From positions 1 to 29,384 of the forward strand of contig CAJQNM010000598.1 of NCBI GenBank assembly GCA_905479665.1: a DNA stretch of 29,384 nt. The letters run 5' to 3'. The notes under the pieces were generated by a model. It searched no databases and was not told the DNA's origin. It saw nothing but the letters and a program-made list of their open reading frames with translations. Position numbers and translations under genes: made by a program. Below, in pieces: positions 7,873-16,243 of the stretch (positions within the stretch are counted from its first letter, which is position 1; every line of letters begins with the position of its first letter). Origin of the DNA: an uncultured Saprospiraceae bacterium (GTDB lineage Bacteria; Bacteroidota; Bacteroidia; Chitinophagales; Saprospiraceae).

Positions 7873-9668
7873 TGCAACCCTCCGACCAATACAGAGATCG
7901 AATTGAGCACTTCGGGCTGGCGCAGGAAGTGCTGGAGAAGCAGTACCGGCAGATTTCCTATGTGCGACTGGGCAGTTTCGTGCTACTTGTCCTGCTGTTT
8001 GCACTGCTTTCTCAGCATCACATCGGGTTGGCCTTGATCTGGCTCCTGATCGGAGTGGTGGTATTTGGCAAGATGATGGCCTGGCACGAGCAGTTTAGGG
8101 CGCGGGCCGACCGTGCGATGACATTCAAGCGAATCAACGAGCAAGAGTTGAGCAGTACAAGGCACGATCACAGCTGGAATGACAATGGGGTAAAATTTGC
8201 GGATGCGAATCATCCATATGCCAATGATCTGGACATCGTGGGCAGATCGTCCCTTTTTCAGTTGGTAAACCGTGGGCAGACAGAATCAGGACGAGCCGTG
8301 CTGGTCTCATGGCTTTTACACGATTCCCCTGCTGAACAGATCACAGCTCGTCAGTCAGCAGGTGAGGAGCTGAAGTCGGATCTTGAATTTCGACAAGAAC
8401 TACAGGTAGAAGGTGCTCTGCTGGAGCGAAATGAGCGGGATCTAGAGGATTTGCAAGCCTGGCTCTCTTCTCCAGATCTTGTGTTGGGCAAGAAAGGATA
8501 TATCCTGGCCTTGCATATCTTGCCATTTCTTATCCTTCCTGCTACAATCGCGGCGGCGTATTATTGGGGTCTTGATCGTGCTTGGCTTCCGCTGATCATT
8601 CCTGCGGTCATATTGCTGCGCACAAAGAAAAGGGTGGATGATATTCATATACTTTCTGGGGCTGCCGCAAAAGTGCTTGACACACATGCACGAATGATCC
8701 AGGTCATGGAAGATCGTGATTGGTCTGCGACACTACTGCAACAGATCAGTGCCCAAATTAGCACGGAGGGAGGGTGGAAGGCCAGTAAATCGATCCGCAA
8801 GCTAAGTTATGCCATCGGGCAGCTCAATGTGCGGGAGAATTTTTTCGCGATCCTTTTTAATCTCTTTGGGTTTTGGGACCTGCACTGGGTCTATCGAATG
8901 GAAAAGCTTAAATCTCGCGTAGATGATAAGATGATGGTCTGGTTTGATGCGCTTGCCGAAATGGAGGCCCTGTCCAGTTTGGCAAACCTTGCATACAACC
9001 ATCCGGAGTGGGTCATTCCGGAGCTGGCTGAGAATGAAGAGATAGATGCGACAGCCGTGGGTCATCCGATGATTTCACCTGATAAGCGGGTAGATAATTC
9101 GATTACCATGCCCTTGCATGGACACATCAAGTTGATTACGGGTTCAAATATGGCAGGCAAATCAACATTTCTCCGGTCTGTAGGGACCAATCTTGTCCTG
9201 GCCATGGCGGGCAGTGTTGTTTGTGCAAGTGCGTTTCGTTTTCGCCCGGCACGGATCTATACCAGTATGCGTACTGCCGACGATCTCGAGGAAGGCGCCA
9301 GTACTTTTTATGCTGAACTGGCGAGATTACAAATGATCATCAAGGCGACGGAAGAAGATGCGACCGTGCTCTTTCTATTGGACGAAATCCTCAAGGGCAC
9401 GAATAGTGCTGACCGACACCGTGGCAGCAGAGCGCTCATCAATCAATTGTTGCGCAACCAGAGCGCAGGCCTCGTCGCTACCCACGATCTGGCGCTGACT
9501 AAAATGGAGGCTGAAGCAGATGGACAAATCGAGAATTGGTATTTTGATGTCGTCATTGAAAACGAACGACTCGCTTTTGACTATCAGATAAAAAGAGGAA
9601 TTTGTGATAGCTTTAATGCTTCGCACTTGATGAAGAAAATGGGAATTGCGCTCGATGAAAGCGATTGA
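7872..9668 (+). CDS. MutS-like ATPase (domain V only) with N-terminal and internal transmembrane segments
   Basis: Walker A GSNMAGKST, SMRTADDLEEGASTFYAE, Walker B LLDEILKGTNS and ATHD. Hydrophobic segments near the N-terminus and mid-protein; no mismatch-binding domain I. The ATG at 7872 is preferred because 7782 overlaps the divergent DPP IV gene. Confidence 0.88.
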   Translation: MQPSDQYRDRIEHFGLAQEVLEKQYRQISYVRLGSFVLLVLLFALLSQHHIGLALIWLLIGVVVFGKMMAWHEQFRARADRAMTFKRINEQELSSTRHDHSWNDNGVKFADANHPYANDLDIVGRSSLFQLVNRGQTESGRAVLVSWLLHDSPAEQITARQSAGEELKSDLEFRQELQVEGALLERNERDLEDLQAWLSSPDLVLGKKGYILALHILPFLILPATIAAAYYWGLDRAWLPLIIPAVILLRTKKRVDDIHILSGAAAKVLDTHARMIQVMEDRDWSATLLQQISAQISTEGGWKASKSIRKLSYAIGQLNVRENFFAILFNLFGFWDLHWVYRMEKLKSRVDDKMMVWFDALAEMEALSSLANLAYNHPEWVIPELAENEEIDATAVGHPMISPDKRVDNSITMPLHGHIKLITGSNMAGKSTFLRSVGTNLVLAMAGSVVCASAFRFRPARIYTSMRTADDLEEGASTFYAELARLQMIIKATEEDATVLFLLDEILKGTNSADRHRGSRALINQLLRNQSAGLVATHDLALTKMEAEADGQIENWYFDVVIENERLAFDYQIKRGICDSFNASHLMKKMGIALDESD

Positions 9669-10716
9669 TTTAAAATATTTAATTGCCTATTTAATGCCTC
9701 TGCTTGCTTTGCTGGGTATTTTGGCGGGGCATTTCTGGAGTTATGGAACAGCATTGCTGGCATTTGTAATTCTGCCTCTTGTGGAAGTACTGGCTCCGGC
9801 TCAAGGAGGAAATTATACAGATGAGGATAAAAAACTTCGAGGCTCTTCGAAATATTACGATTGGTTGCTCTACTCGCATGTGCCCCTGTTGTATGGCTTG
9901 ATTGCTGGATTTCTGTACAGAGCGAGTTTTACGGCAGTGGAGAGTTGGGAGGTTGTCGGTATGGTACTCAGTATGGGAGTGGTCGTCGGCACTTTTGGGA
10001 TCAACGTGGCTCATGAATTGGGACACCGTAGCAATCGGAAGGAGCGAATAATTTCACAAATTCTTTTATTGCCTGCACTCTACATGCATTTTTATGTGGA
10101 GCATAATCGCGGCCACCACCGCTATGTCAGTACACGAAACGATCCTGCGACAGCACGCTATGGCGAGAATATTTATTTATTTTGGTTGCGTTCAGCGGCA
10201 ACGGGCTACCGCAGTGCTTGGAAAATTGAATTCCTGCGCCTGCAAAAACAGGCGATCCCGATTTATTCTCGACAAAATAATATGATTGTATTTACAATTA
10301 TTCAGCTTATTTATCTTGTTATTATTTGGTCTGTTTTTGGCATTGTTGGGCTGTCCTATGCCATCTTGATTGGAGTCGTCGGTTTCTTATTGCTCGAGTC
10401 CATTAATTATATCGAGCACTACGGATTATTACGCAAAGAAATCTCCAGCGGGCAATATGAAAAAGTAACGGAATTGCATTCCTGGGAAAGCAATCATGAT
10501 ATGGGCCGAATTTTTCTCTACGAGCTCACACGACATGCACACCATCATCTCAAGGCGAGTGTTAAATACCAACTGCTGGATCATCTGGAAGATGCTCCTC
10601 AATTGCCGACGGGATATCCTGGTATGATTATCATGGCCCTAGTGCCTCCCTTGTTTTATCGAATCATGAATCCGAGGGTGCCAGCAGAGATGAGGGCCCT
10701 TGCACTACAAAGCTGA
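9655..10716 (+). CDS. alkB: Alkane 1-monooxygenase family membrane di-iron enzyme
   Basis: His boxes HELGH, EHNRGHH and LTRHAHHH plus the AlkB-diagnostic NYIEHYG motif, and PQLPTGY. The ATG at 9655 overlaps the end of the MutS-like gene. Confidence 0.9.
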   Translation: MKAIDLKYLIAYLMPLLALLGILAGHFWSYGTALLAFVILPLVEVLAPAQGGNYTDEDKKLRGSSKYYDWLLYSHVPLLYGLIAGFLYRASFTAVESWEVVGMVLSMGVVVGTFGINVAHELGHRSNRKERIISQILLLPALYMHFYVEHNRGHHRYVSTRNDPATARYGENIYLFWLRSAATGYRSAWKIEFLRLQKQAIPIYSRQNNMIVFTIIQLIYLVIIWSVFGIVGLSYAILIGVVGFLLLESINYIEHYGLLRKEISSGQYEKVTELHSWESNHDMGRIFLYELTRHAHHHLKASVKYQLLDHLEDAPQLPTGYPGMIIMALVPPLFYRIMNPRVPAEMRALALQS

Positions 10717-11462
10717 TGACGCAAAAGATTATTTTCTGGACGACCTGTTTGTTCATGATGGCATGCAGCCCAAATCAGCCTGCCGAAAGCGAAAATGTAG
10801 ATCTGGTCCATGTACATCCACGACATGTAGAGCTCAATCCAGAATGGTACAATGTGGCATTCCTTATTATGGATGGAGTGTACAATACAGAGCTTACTGC
10901 CCCTTACGATATTTTTCAGCATACTCGTTTTCGGGAGAACATCAAAGCCATGAATGTTTTTTTGGTGGCCAATACGAGGGAACCAGTCATTTCTTTTGAA
11001 GGTATCCGATTACTGCCGGACTACAATTATCTGACAGACGACTTACCGGACATTGATATTCTGGTCGTGCCTAGTGCGGAGCATCATCTGGATACAGACT
11101 TGCAAGATGAGGAGATGCTGGAATTTGTGCGTCAAGTAGATAAAACTGCTCAGTTCATCACCTCGCATTGCGATGGCGCTTTTGTTTTGGCTAAAGCAGG
11201 ACTCTTGGATGACGTTATTTCGACCACATTTCCCAGTGACATTGATCAATACCAAGCGATGTTTCCGCACTTGACAGTACGACGTGATTTATGGTTTGTA
11301 CATGATGGGAAATACATAACATCGGCAGGAGGAGCGCGTTCTTTTGAAGCGGCTCTTTACTTGGCCGAACATCTTTATGGAGCCAAAATAGCTCGGTCAC
11401 TAGCCGGCGGTCTGGTGATCGACTGGGATCTAAGCAAGGTGCCCCACGAGAAAGTAAAATAA
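10716..11462 (+). CDS. DJ-1/PfpI family lipoprotein
   Basis: Lipobox-like FMMAC, conserved Glu (NTELTAPYDIF), DILVVPS, and nucleophile-elbow SHCDGAFVLAKAGLL; TSAGG. TGATG overlap with alkB. Confidence 0.87.
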   Translation: MTQKIIFWTTCLFMMACSPNQPAESENVDLVHVHPRHVELNPEWYNVAFLIMDGVYNTELTAPYDIFQHTRFRENIKAMNVFLVANTREPVISFEGIRLLPDYNYLTDDLPDIDILVVPSAEHHLDTDLQDEEMLEFVRQVDKTAQFITSHCDGAFVLAKAGLLDDVISTTFPSDIDQYQAMFPHLTVRRDLWFVHDGKYITSAGGARSFEAALYLAEHLYGAKIARSLAGGLVIDWDLSKVPHEKVK

Positions 11463-11624
11463 AGGGCACTTCTAAAAACCCTACTTTGGTTGCTAGCTTG
11501 TTCTTTTCCCCAGCTACTTCGTTACCAAAATGCTCATTTAGCCTTGCTAAACTCCGCTTTTGGCGCCTCGTATCTGAAAAAAATTACGGCGCGATCATTC
11601 CAAACAGAGTTATTAGAGTACCCT
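11463..11624. mobile_element. MITE-like non-autonomous element (~160 bp)
   Basis: Imperfect terminal inverted repeats: left AGGGCACTTCTAAAAAC versus reverse-complemented right AGGGTACT-CTAATAAC (14/17), extending to a shared TTTGG. Central bulged hairpin (TTTAGC-CTT-GCTAAA; CCAAAA...TTTTGG). Lies between convergent genes. No clean target-site duplication. Confidence 0.6.
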
Positions 11625-11630
11625 AGGGCA

Positions 11631-11662
11631 AAAAAAACCGGGCAGACTGCCATCTGCCCGGT
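11631..11662 (-). terminator. Rho-independent terminator of the 11685..12032 gene
   Basis: Perfect 10-bp stem ACCGGGCAGA/TCTGCCCGGT with a 6-nt loop, followed by a T run on the minus strand. Confidence 0.85.
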
Positions 11663-11684
11663 GGAAAAACCCTCTACTACTATA

Positions 11685-12032
11685 CTAAGACTGCGCGCCG
11701 CCGTCTCTTACGGTTAGTTTGACCACATACCTTCCGGCAGAGACCTTATCGGCCAATTTTTGGTAATTCAGCTTGGATTTGACATACTCATCGACAAATT
11801 TTGAGTCAGTGTCTACCTCGATCACGACCATCTCTGACTTTGTATTTACATGTATGTGCAGGGTACCAGTCACTGCATCTATTCCAGTATTGCGCAAATC
11901 TGGATTCTCAAGCAGATCGATGATATGCTCGCGCAAAATCATGCCATCTTCAGGACCACGCGCAGCATCTGCCACGATAGATCCTGAAACAAGCAATAGA
12001 GCCAGACTAAGTTTCAAAAAGTGAGATTTCAT
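11685..12032 (-). CDS. Small secreted hypothetical protein (Bacteroidota type)
   Basis: 115 aa with a clear signal peptide (MKSHFLKLSLALLLVSGSIVADA), its own -7 promoter and terminator. The EMVVIEVDTDSKFVDEYVKSKLNYQK segment resembles small secreted proteins I recall from Flavobacteria. Confidence 0.8.
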   Translation of the reverse strand: MKSHFLKLSLALLLVSGSIVADAARGPEDGMILREHIIDLLENPDLRNTGIDAVTGTLHIHVNTKSEMVVIEVDTDSKFVDEYVKSKLNYQKLADKVSAGRYVVKLTVRDGGAQS

Positions 12033-12106
12033 AGCTTATTAAGTTTAACGGTTAAAGAATAACAACAACAGATGGTTTAAAAGTGCTGGTGCATTGTTTT
12101 CGATGT

Positions 12107-12114
12107 CAAAGGTA
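12107..12114 (-). promoter_or_regulatory. -7 element (TACCTTTG) for the small secreted protein
   Basis: Plus-strand CAAAGGTA is an exact TAnnTTTG on the minus strand, about 75 nt upstream of the ATG. Confidence 0.65.
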
Positions 12115-12426
12115 TTGGGACAACCCTTCTCGATCAACCGTCAAATCAAGATGTTTTGTGAGCGCTAGCGTGTTTCTCGAGTGCTACCAAATGACTTCAA
12201 ACAGAATAAAATACGGCGGAGCAGGGATAAAAACAGATATATACCTCATATGTATTTGAATATGGAGGATATAAAAGGAATTATTTGCCGACAGGCAGGT
12301 GTCAAAATCGTGAAATAAATGTCATTGCCAAGCGAAAAGAGGCTTTAGCAAATGGTTGCTTGAGCGACAAAAGGTGAGAGCTTTATGTCGAGTGGAACCA
12401 ATAAATCGGCTCTTTCTGACCGATTC

Positions 12427-13164
12427 TTAGGAAATGACCTTCTTTTTGAGTTCAAAATTCTGCCCGAGGTACACTTTACGAACCATCTCGTCGGCAGCGA
12501 GCTCCTCTGCAGTTCCGCTTTTGAGAATTTTACCCTCAAACATGAGGTAGGCACGCTCGGTGATGGATAGCGTCTCCTGGACATTGTGATCAGTGATCAG
12601 GATGCCGATGTCGCGAGTCTTTAGCTTTGCGACAATGGTTTGGATGTCTTCGACGGCAATGGGGTCAATGCCTGCAAAGGGCTCATCGAGCAGGATAAAT
12701 CTTGGATCAGATGCAAGTGCCCTGGCGATCTCAGTACGCCTCCGTTCACCACCAGAGAGAGTATCACCGTTGCTTAGGCGTACTTTTTCAAGACCAAACT
12801 CATCAATTAGCTCCTCCATCTTGTCGATCCGTTGAGTATCAGTCATGTCCATCATCTCTAAGATGGCCATAATGTTGTCTTCGACACTTAGTTTGCGAAA
12901 AACACTGGGTTCCTGTGGCAAATAGCCCACGCCTCGCTGAGCACGGCGATACATAGGCATGCTGGTTATTTCTTCCTCATTGAGAAAGACTTTACCAGCA
13001 TTCGGCTTTATGAAGCCCACAATCATGTAGAATGTGGTGGTTTTTCCAGCACCATTTGGTCCAAGTAGGCCAACGATTTCTCCTCGCTCGACCTCGATAC
13101 TTACATCAGACACCACAGTGCGCCGACCGTATTTCTTTTTTAGATTTTGTGCTCTTAGTTTCAT
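12427..13164 (-). CDS. lptB: LPS export ABC transporter ATP-binding protein
   Basis: [40 protein letters not shown] and ITDHNV. The ATG at 13164 forms an ATGA overlap with the upstream stop. Confidence 0.96.
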   Translation of the reverse strand: MKLRAQNLKKKYGRRTVVSDVSIEVERGEIVGLLGPNGAGKTTTFYMIVGFIKPNAGKVFLNEEEITSMPMYRRAQRGVGYLPQEPSVFRKLSVEDNIMAILEMMDMTDTQRIDKMEELIDEFGLEKVRLSNGDTLSGGERRRTEIARALASDPRFILLDEPFAGIDPIAVEDIQTIVAKLKTRDIGILITDHNVQETLSITERAYLMFEGKILKSGTAEELAADEMVRKVYLGQNFELKKKVIS

Positions 13165-14744
13165 TTCCAGGCATGTTTGACTTCCAAGTCCCAATTGGCT
13201 CTCAGCTCCTCGAGCGCAAATTCGAGCAACTTTTCCGGCTGTTCGCCAAGCATATATTCCGCAGGATCCCAGTGGCCATTCAGATTTCGATCTTCGATCA
13301 CGCGCAGGGTGTACTTTCCTGGCTTCATTCGCTCAATAGTACGATTTAACGTGCTGTCGCCTTGTACCAAAAATGTAGAGAGCACTTTACCTTTATCTTT
13401 GCCAAGCTCAAAAACATATCCATTCTGAGGTTCGAGATTATCAAACTGGAGGATGATTGTTCCAAATCGATCAGGATTTGCGATAGGAAAGGTCTCGGCA
13501 ATGGTATCATTACTAGCTCCGTAAAAATCTGTGAGAGCCCCTGGCAGTATAGTAAGGCGGTACGTACTGTCTGCCTTCCAGGGATTGGAAAATTCGATGC
13601 AAAGAGGTATGCTGTCGAAAACACTGGCTTGAGCACGGATGCTATCCTTCCCTTCCAAAAGAACAATGCGGTCCTGCTGCACACTGGTGATCGGTCTATC
13701 GAAACAGATGCGTATGGGTTCTGCGGGATGATAGCTATTCTTCCAAATTGACTTTTTGCCAAGTGTGGCAGGTGATCCACTTCGATCTGGTCTCAGTTTG
13801 AGTGTATCCGTGAGCAATGTTGACAAATCTGTGAGATACGCTTGGTAGTTCGGTACTTGTGGATTTTGGTACACCCATAGCTGATTTCCTTCACGCCAAA
13901 CATAGAGGAGTGAATCTGCGATTGAGAAAGAAACATCGATTTCTTCAGGAGACCTGTTGTAGGGGATGATCGCTAGATTCCATCCCGAGGTATCGATTCG
14001 CTCCATCTGAAGCTGAGCCAACTGCGCAGACATGATCAATTTCACACTTGCAGAACTGTCAGCACTGATGGTGATCAATGTATCTAAGAAGGCGATGGGC
14101 TCAGCTGGGGGATCCCAGAGATAGTTTAGGTTTTCATCGGCAATGGCGATCATTTTGAATGCACCAGATTTGACATTATTTATTTGGAAGGAGCCATTTT
14201 TAAGCGTGCGAGCGGCGTAGAAAGGTTTACTCTGAAATACAATCGAGTCTATGTTTTCTTCGTACAGCATAACCGTTACCTCTTCTTTAGGCTCGCCCGT
14301 TTGTGCATCCACGACCATCCCCCCTATCGAGAGTGAATCGATGGAAGATCCAGTTGAAAACACAAAAGAATAATTTTGCACTGGATTACTCTCCGTGATA
14401 TCCTGGATTGCTGAACCAAAATTGATCGAATAGGTCGCGTCTTCGCGCAAGACCTCATCCTCGTGAAAAGTAAAATTGACAGCGCGACCGCGCACACGTA
14501 CATCGGGACGTCTTTCGGTAGGAGGCGAGATCAGGATTTGGGTAAAGGGATCATTGAGCTTTATCCATTCGTCAAAGTGCAAGGTTAGGCTGCGCTCGGT
14601 GAAATCGGTCTGAAAGTTTGGGCTCGATTCTACCTCGATCAATTGGGGTGGCTGAGCATCTTTGGGACCACCAGTGATTGAACCCCGGGTAGCGCATTGA
14701 GACAGAAGGACAATCAACATGAGACAAAACCCAATACGAATCAT
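13161..14744 (-). CDS. Ig-like (Big_5-type) domain lipoprotein with C-terminal DUF2141-like segment
   Basis: Lipobox LSQC followed by [39 protein letters not shown], and C-terminal [19 protein letters not shown]. Confidence 0.8.
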   Translation of the reverse strand: MIRIGFCLMLIVLLSQCATRGSITGGPKDAQPPQLIEVESSPNFQTDFTERSLTLHFDEWIKLNDPFTQILISPPTERRPDVRVRGRAVNFTFHEDEVLREDATYSINFGSAIQDITESNPVQNYSFVFSTGSSIDSLSIGGMVVDAQTGEPKEEVTVMLYEENIDSIVFQSKPFYAARTLKNGSFQINNVKSGAFKMIAIADENLNYLWDPPAEPIAFLDTLITISADSSASVKLIMSAQLAQLQMERIDTSGWNLAIIPYNRSPEEIDVSFSIADSLLYVWREGNQLWVYQNPQVPNYQAYLTDLSTLLTDTLKLRPDRSGSPATLGKKSIWKNSYHPAEPIRICFDRPITSVQQDRIVLLEGKDSIRAQASVFDSIPLCIEFSNPWKADSTYRLTILPGALTDFYGASNDTIAETFPIANPDRFGTIILQFDNLEPQNGYVFELGKDKGKVLSTFLVQGDSTLNRTIERMKPGKYTLRVIEDRNLNGHWDPAEYMLGEQPEKLLEFALEELRANWDLEVKHAWK

Positions 14745-14749
14745 TCGGA

Positions 14750-14757
14750 CAAAGGTA
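14750..14757 (-). promoter_or_regulatory. -7 element (TACCTTTG) for the Ig-like lipoprotein-lptB unit
   Basis: Exact TAnnTTTG only 5 nt upstream of the ATG at 14744. This implies a near-leaderless mRNA or a downstream start at 14720. Confidence 0.55.
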
Positions 14758-14819
14758 TTGCTATCTCTACGAATCTCAGCGGCTGTTTGCTTCGCTGTTT
14801 AGATATTTTTAACGGAGGC

Positions 14820-15734
14820 TCAAATCTCAAATCTGTACATTGGATGGCAAGACATAATGGTTTCTTTAAGAAACTGAATGTCGAGATGGGTATAGATCTC
14901 TGTGGTAAGAATAGACTCATGACCTAGCATTTCCTGGACCGCTCGGAGATCAGCACCTCCTTCCACCAGATGAGTGGCAAAAGAATGTCTAAACGTATGC
15001 GGACTCACGGTCTTGTCGATGCCGGCATCGCTGGTGGCCTGCTTTACGATTTGAAAGATCATATTGCGAGTGAGTTGCTTGCCCCTGCGATTGAGAAAAA
15101 GAATGTCTTCATGGCCTTTCTGCACCCCCTGGTGATTATTTCTTTCGCTGGTGAGGTAAATATTAATGTGTTTGATCGCTGAAGCTCCAATCGGGACGAT
15201 TCTTTCCTTATCATTTTTACCGATCACTTTCACAAATCCCACATCGAGGTAGAGGTTTGAGATGCGGAGCCCGACCAACTCGCTTACTCGGAGACCACAG
15301 GCATAGAGTGTTTCTAGCATCGCCCGATTACGCGTGCCTTGTGGATGACTGAGATCAATCGCTTCCAAGACACGCTCCATCTCCTCAAAGGATAGTACCT
15401 CGGGCATCTTACGATGCAATTTTGGACTTTCGAGCAGATCCGCGGGATTTTTAGCGGTTTCACCTTCGATGACCAGATAGCGAAAGAACGCCCGGACTCC
15501 AGAGAGAATGCGGGCCTGGCTGCCTCGGCCTAGTCCTAGATCATTGAGCCATGCAAGAAACTCATGCAAATCATCACTGCTCACGTGATTCGGCATGAGC
15601 GTGGGATTTGACTCTGTAAAGTAGTAACAGAGTTTCTCTACATCTGATTTATATGCTTCGATCGAATGACTCGAAAGATTGCGTTCCAAAACCAAATAAG
15701 ATTGAAAGCCACTGAGGGCGGAACTCCACAACAT
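14820..15734 (-). CDS. xerD: Site-specific tyrosine recombinase XerD
   Basis: Catalytic residues in GLRVSEL (R), GKNDKER (K), HTFRHSFATH (HxxR), LGHES (H) and TEIY (Y), plus an N-terminal SAM-like domain; 304 aa. Confidence 0.9.
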   Translation of the reverse strand: MLWSSALSGFQSYLVLERNLSSHSIEAYKSDVEKLCYYFTESNPTLMPNHVSSDDLHEFLAWLNDLGLGRGSQARILSGVRAFFRYLVIEGETAKNPADLLESPKLHRKMPEVLSFEEMERVLEAIDLSHPQGTRNRAMLETLYACGLRVSELVGLRISNLYLDVGFVKVIGKNDKERIVPIGASAIKHINIYLTSERNNHQGVQKGHEDILFLNRRGKQLTRNMIFQIVKQATSDAGIDKTVSPHTFRHSFATHLVEGGADLRAVQEMLGHESILTTEIYTHLDIQFLKETIMSCHPMYRFEI

Positions 15735-15772
15735 AGTTTACTCAAGCTTTTTGACCTGTTGCTCCTATACCA

Positions 15773-16243
15773 TCAATTAGCGAGCCAGAAATAGAAATTT
15801 TCCTCCGTCTGAGGCTTGAATTCGGCTCGCGGATAGAGGGTATTGCCGACCACATTCGACTTTTCTGTTTCGAGCGAGATGCCGATGGCGCCCGTCTCCC
15901 GGGCTAAATTTTTGGCGGCGTCAATAAGTTGGATGGAGATACCACGACCACGATGATCGGCAGCAACAAAAAGGTCATTGAGTAACCAAACTCGTCCCAT
16001 TCTGGTGGAGGAAAAGATAGGATAGAGTTGAGTGAAGCCTACTGCTTCGCCCGTGTCTTGGTCGATCGCAAGAAAGATCTCCGATTCCTTGTTGTCCATG
16101 CGTTCTTTGAGAAATTTCCGAGCAGCAGCAGGATTGGACTCCATCCGATACCAGACTCGATAGGCTTCAAAAAGAGAGACCATCTCATCGAGATGTTGGA
16201 GGTTTGCTTTACAAATCTTGATCATATTATTGCCGACCCTCAC
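15773..16243 (-). CDS. GNAT family N-acetyltransferase
   Basis: GFTQLYPIFSS, WLLNDLFV, RGRGIS acetyl-CoA motif A, and LYPRAEF. The start is either GTG 16243 (GTGA overlap with porQ) or ATG 16225. Confidence 0.88.
   Translation of the reverse strand: MRVGNNMIKICKANLQHLDEMVSLFEAYRVWYRMESNPAAARKFLKERMDNKESEIFLAIDQDTGEAVGFTQLYPIFSSTRMGRVWLLNDLFVAADHRGRGISIQLIDAAKNLARETGAIGISLETEKSNVVGNTLYPRAEFKPQTEENFYFWLAN

Noticed and set aside
11490-11717. 75-aa plus-strand ORF
   Set aside because: It runs through the MITE-like hairpin and terminator and overlaps the convergent gene; no protein-like features.
12097-12180. TT(T/C)TCGA direct repeats upstream of the small secreted gene as an operator array
   Set aside because: Spacing is irregular (30 and 47 bp) and the match is short enough to arise by chance.
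12238-12265. AT-rich TATATACCTCATATGTATTTGAATAT as a dif site
   Set aside because: It lacks the conserved XerD arm (TTATGTTAAA-like) and the 11-6-11 layout.
14820-15734. xerD as a prophage or island integrase
   Set aside because: It has housekeeping XerD length and motifs, flanking genes are core-type, and no att repeats, tRNA or phage genes are seen.
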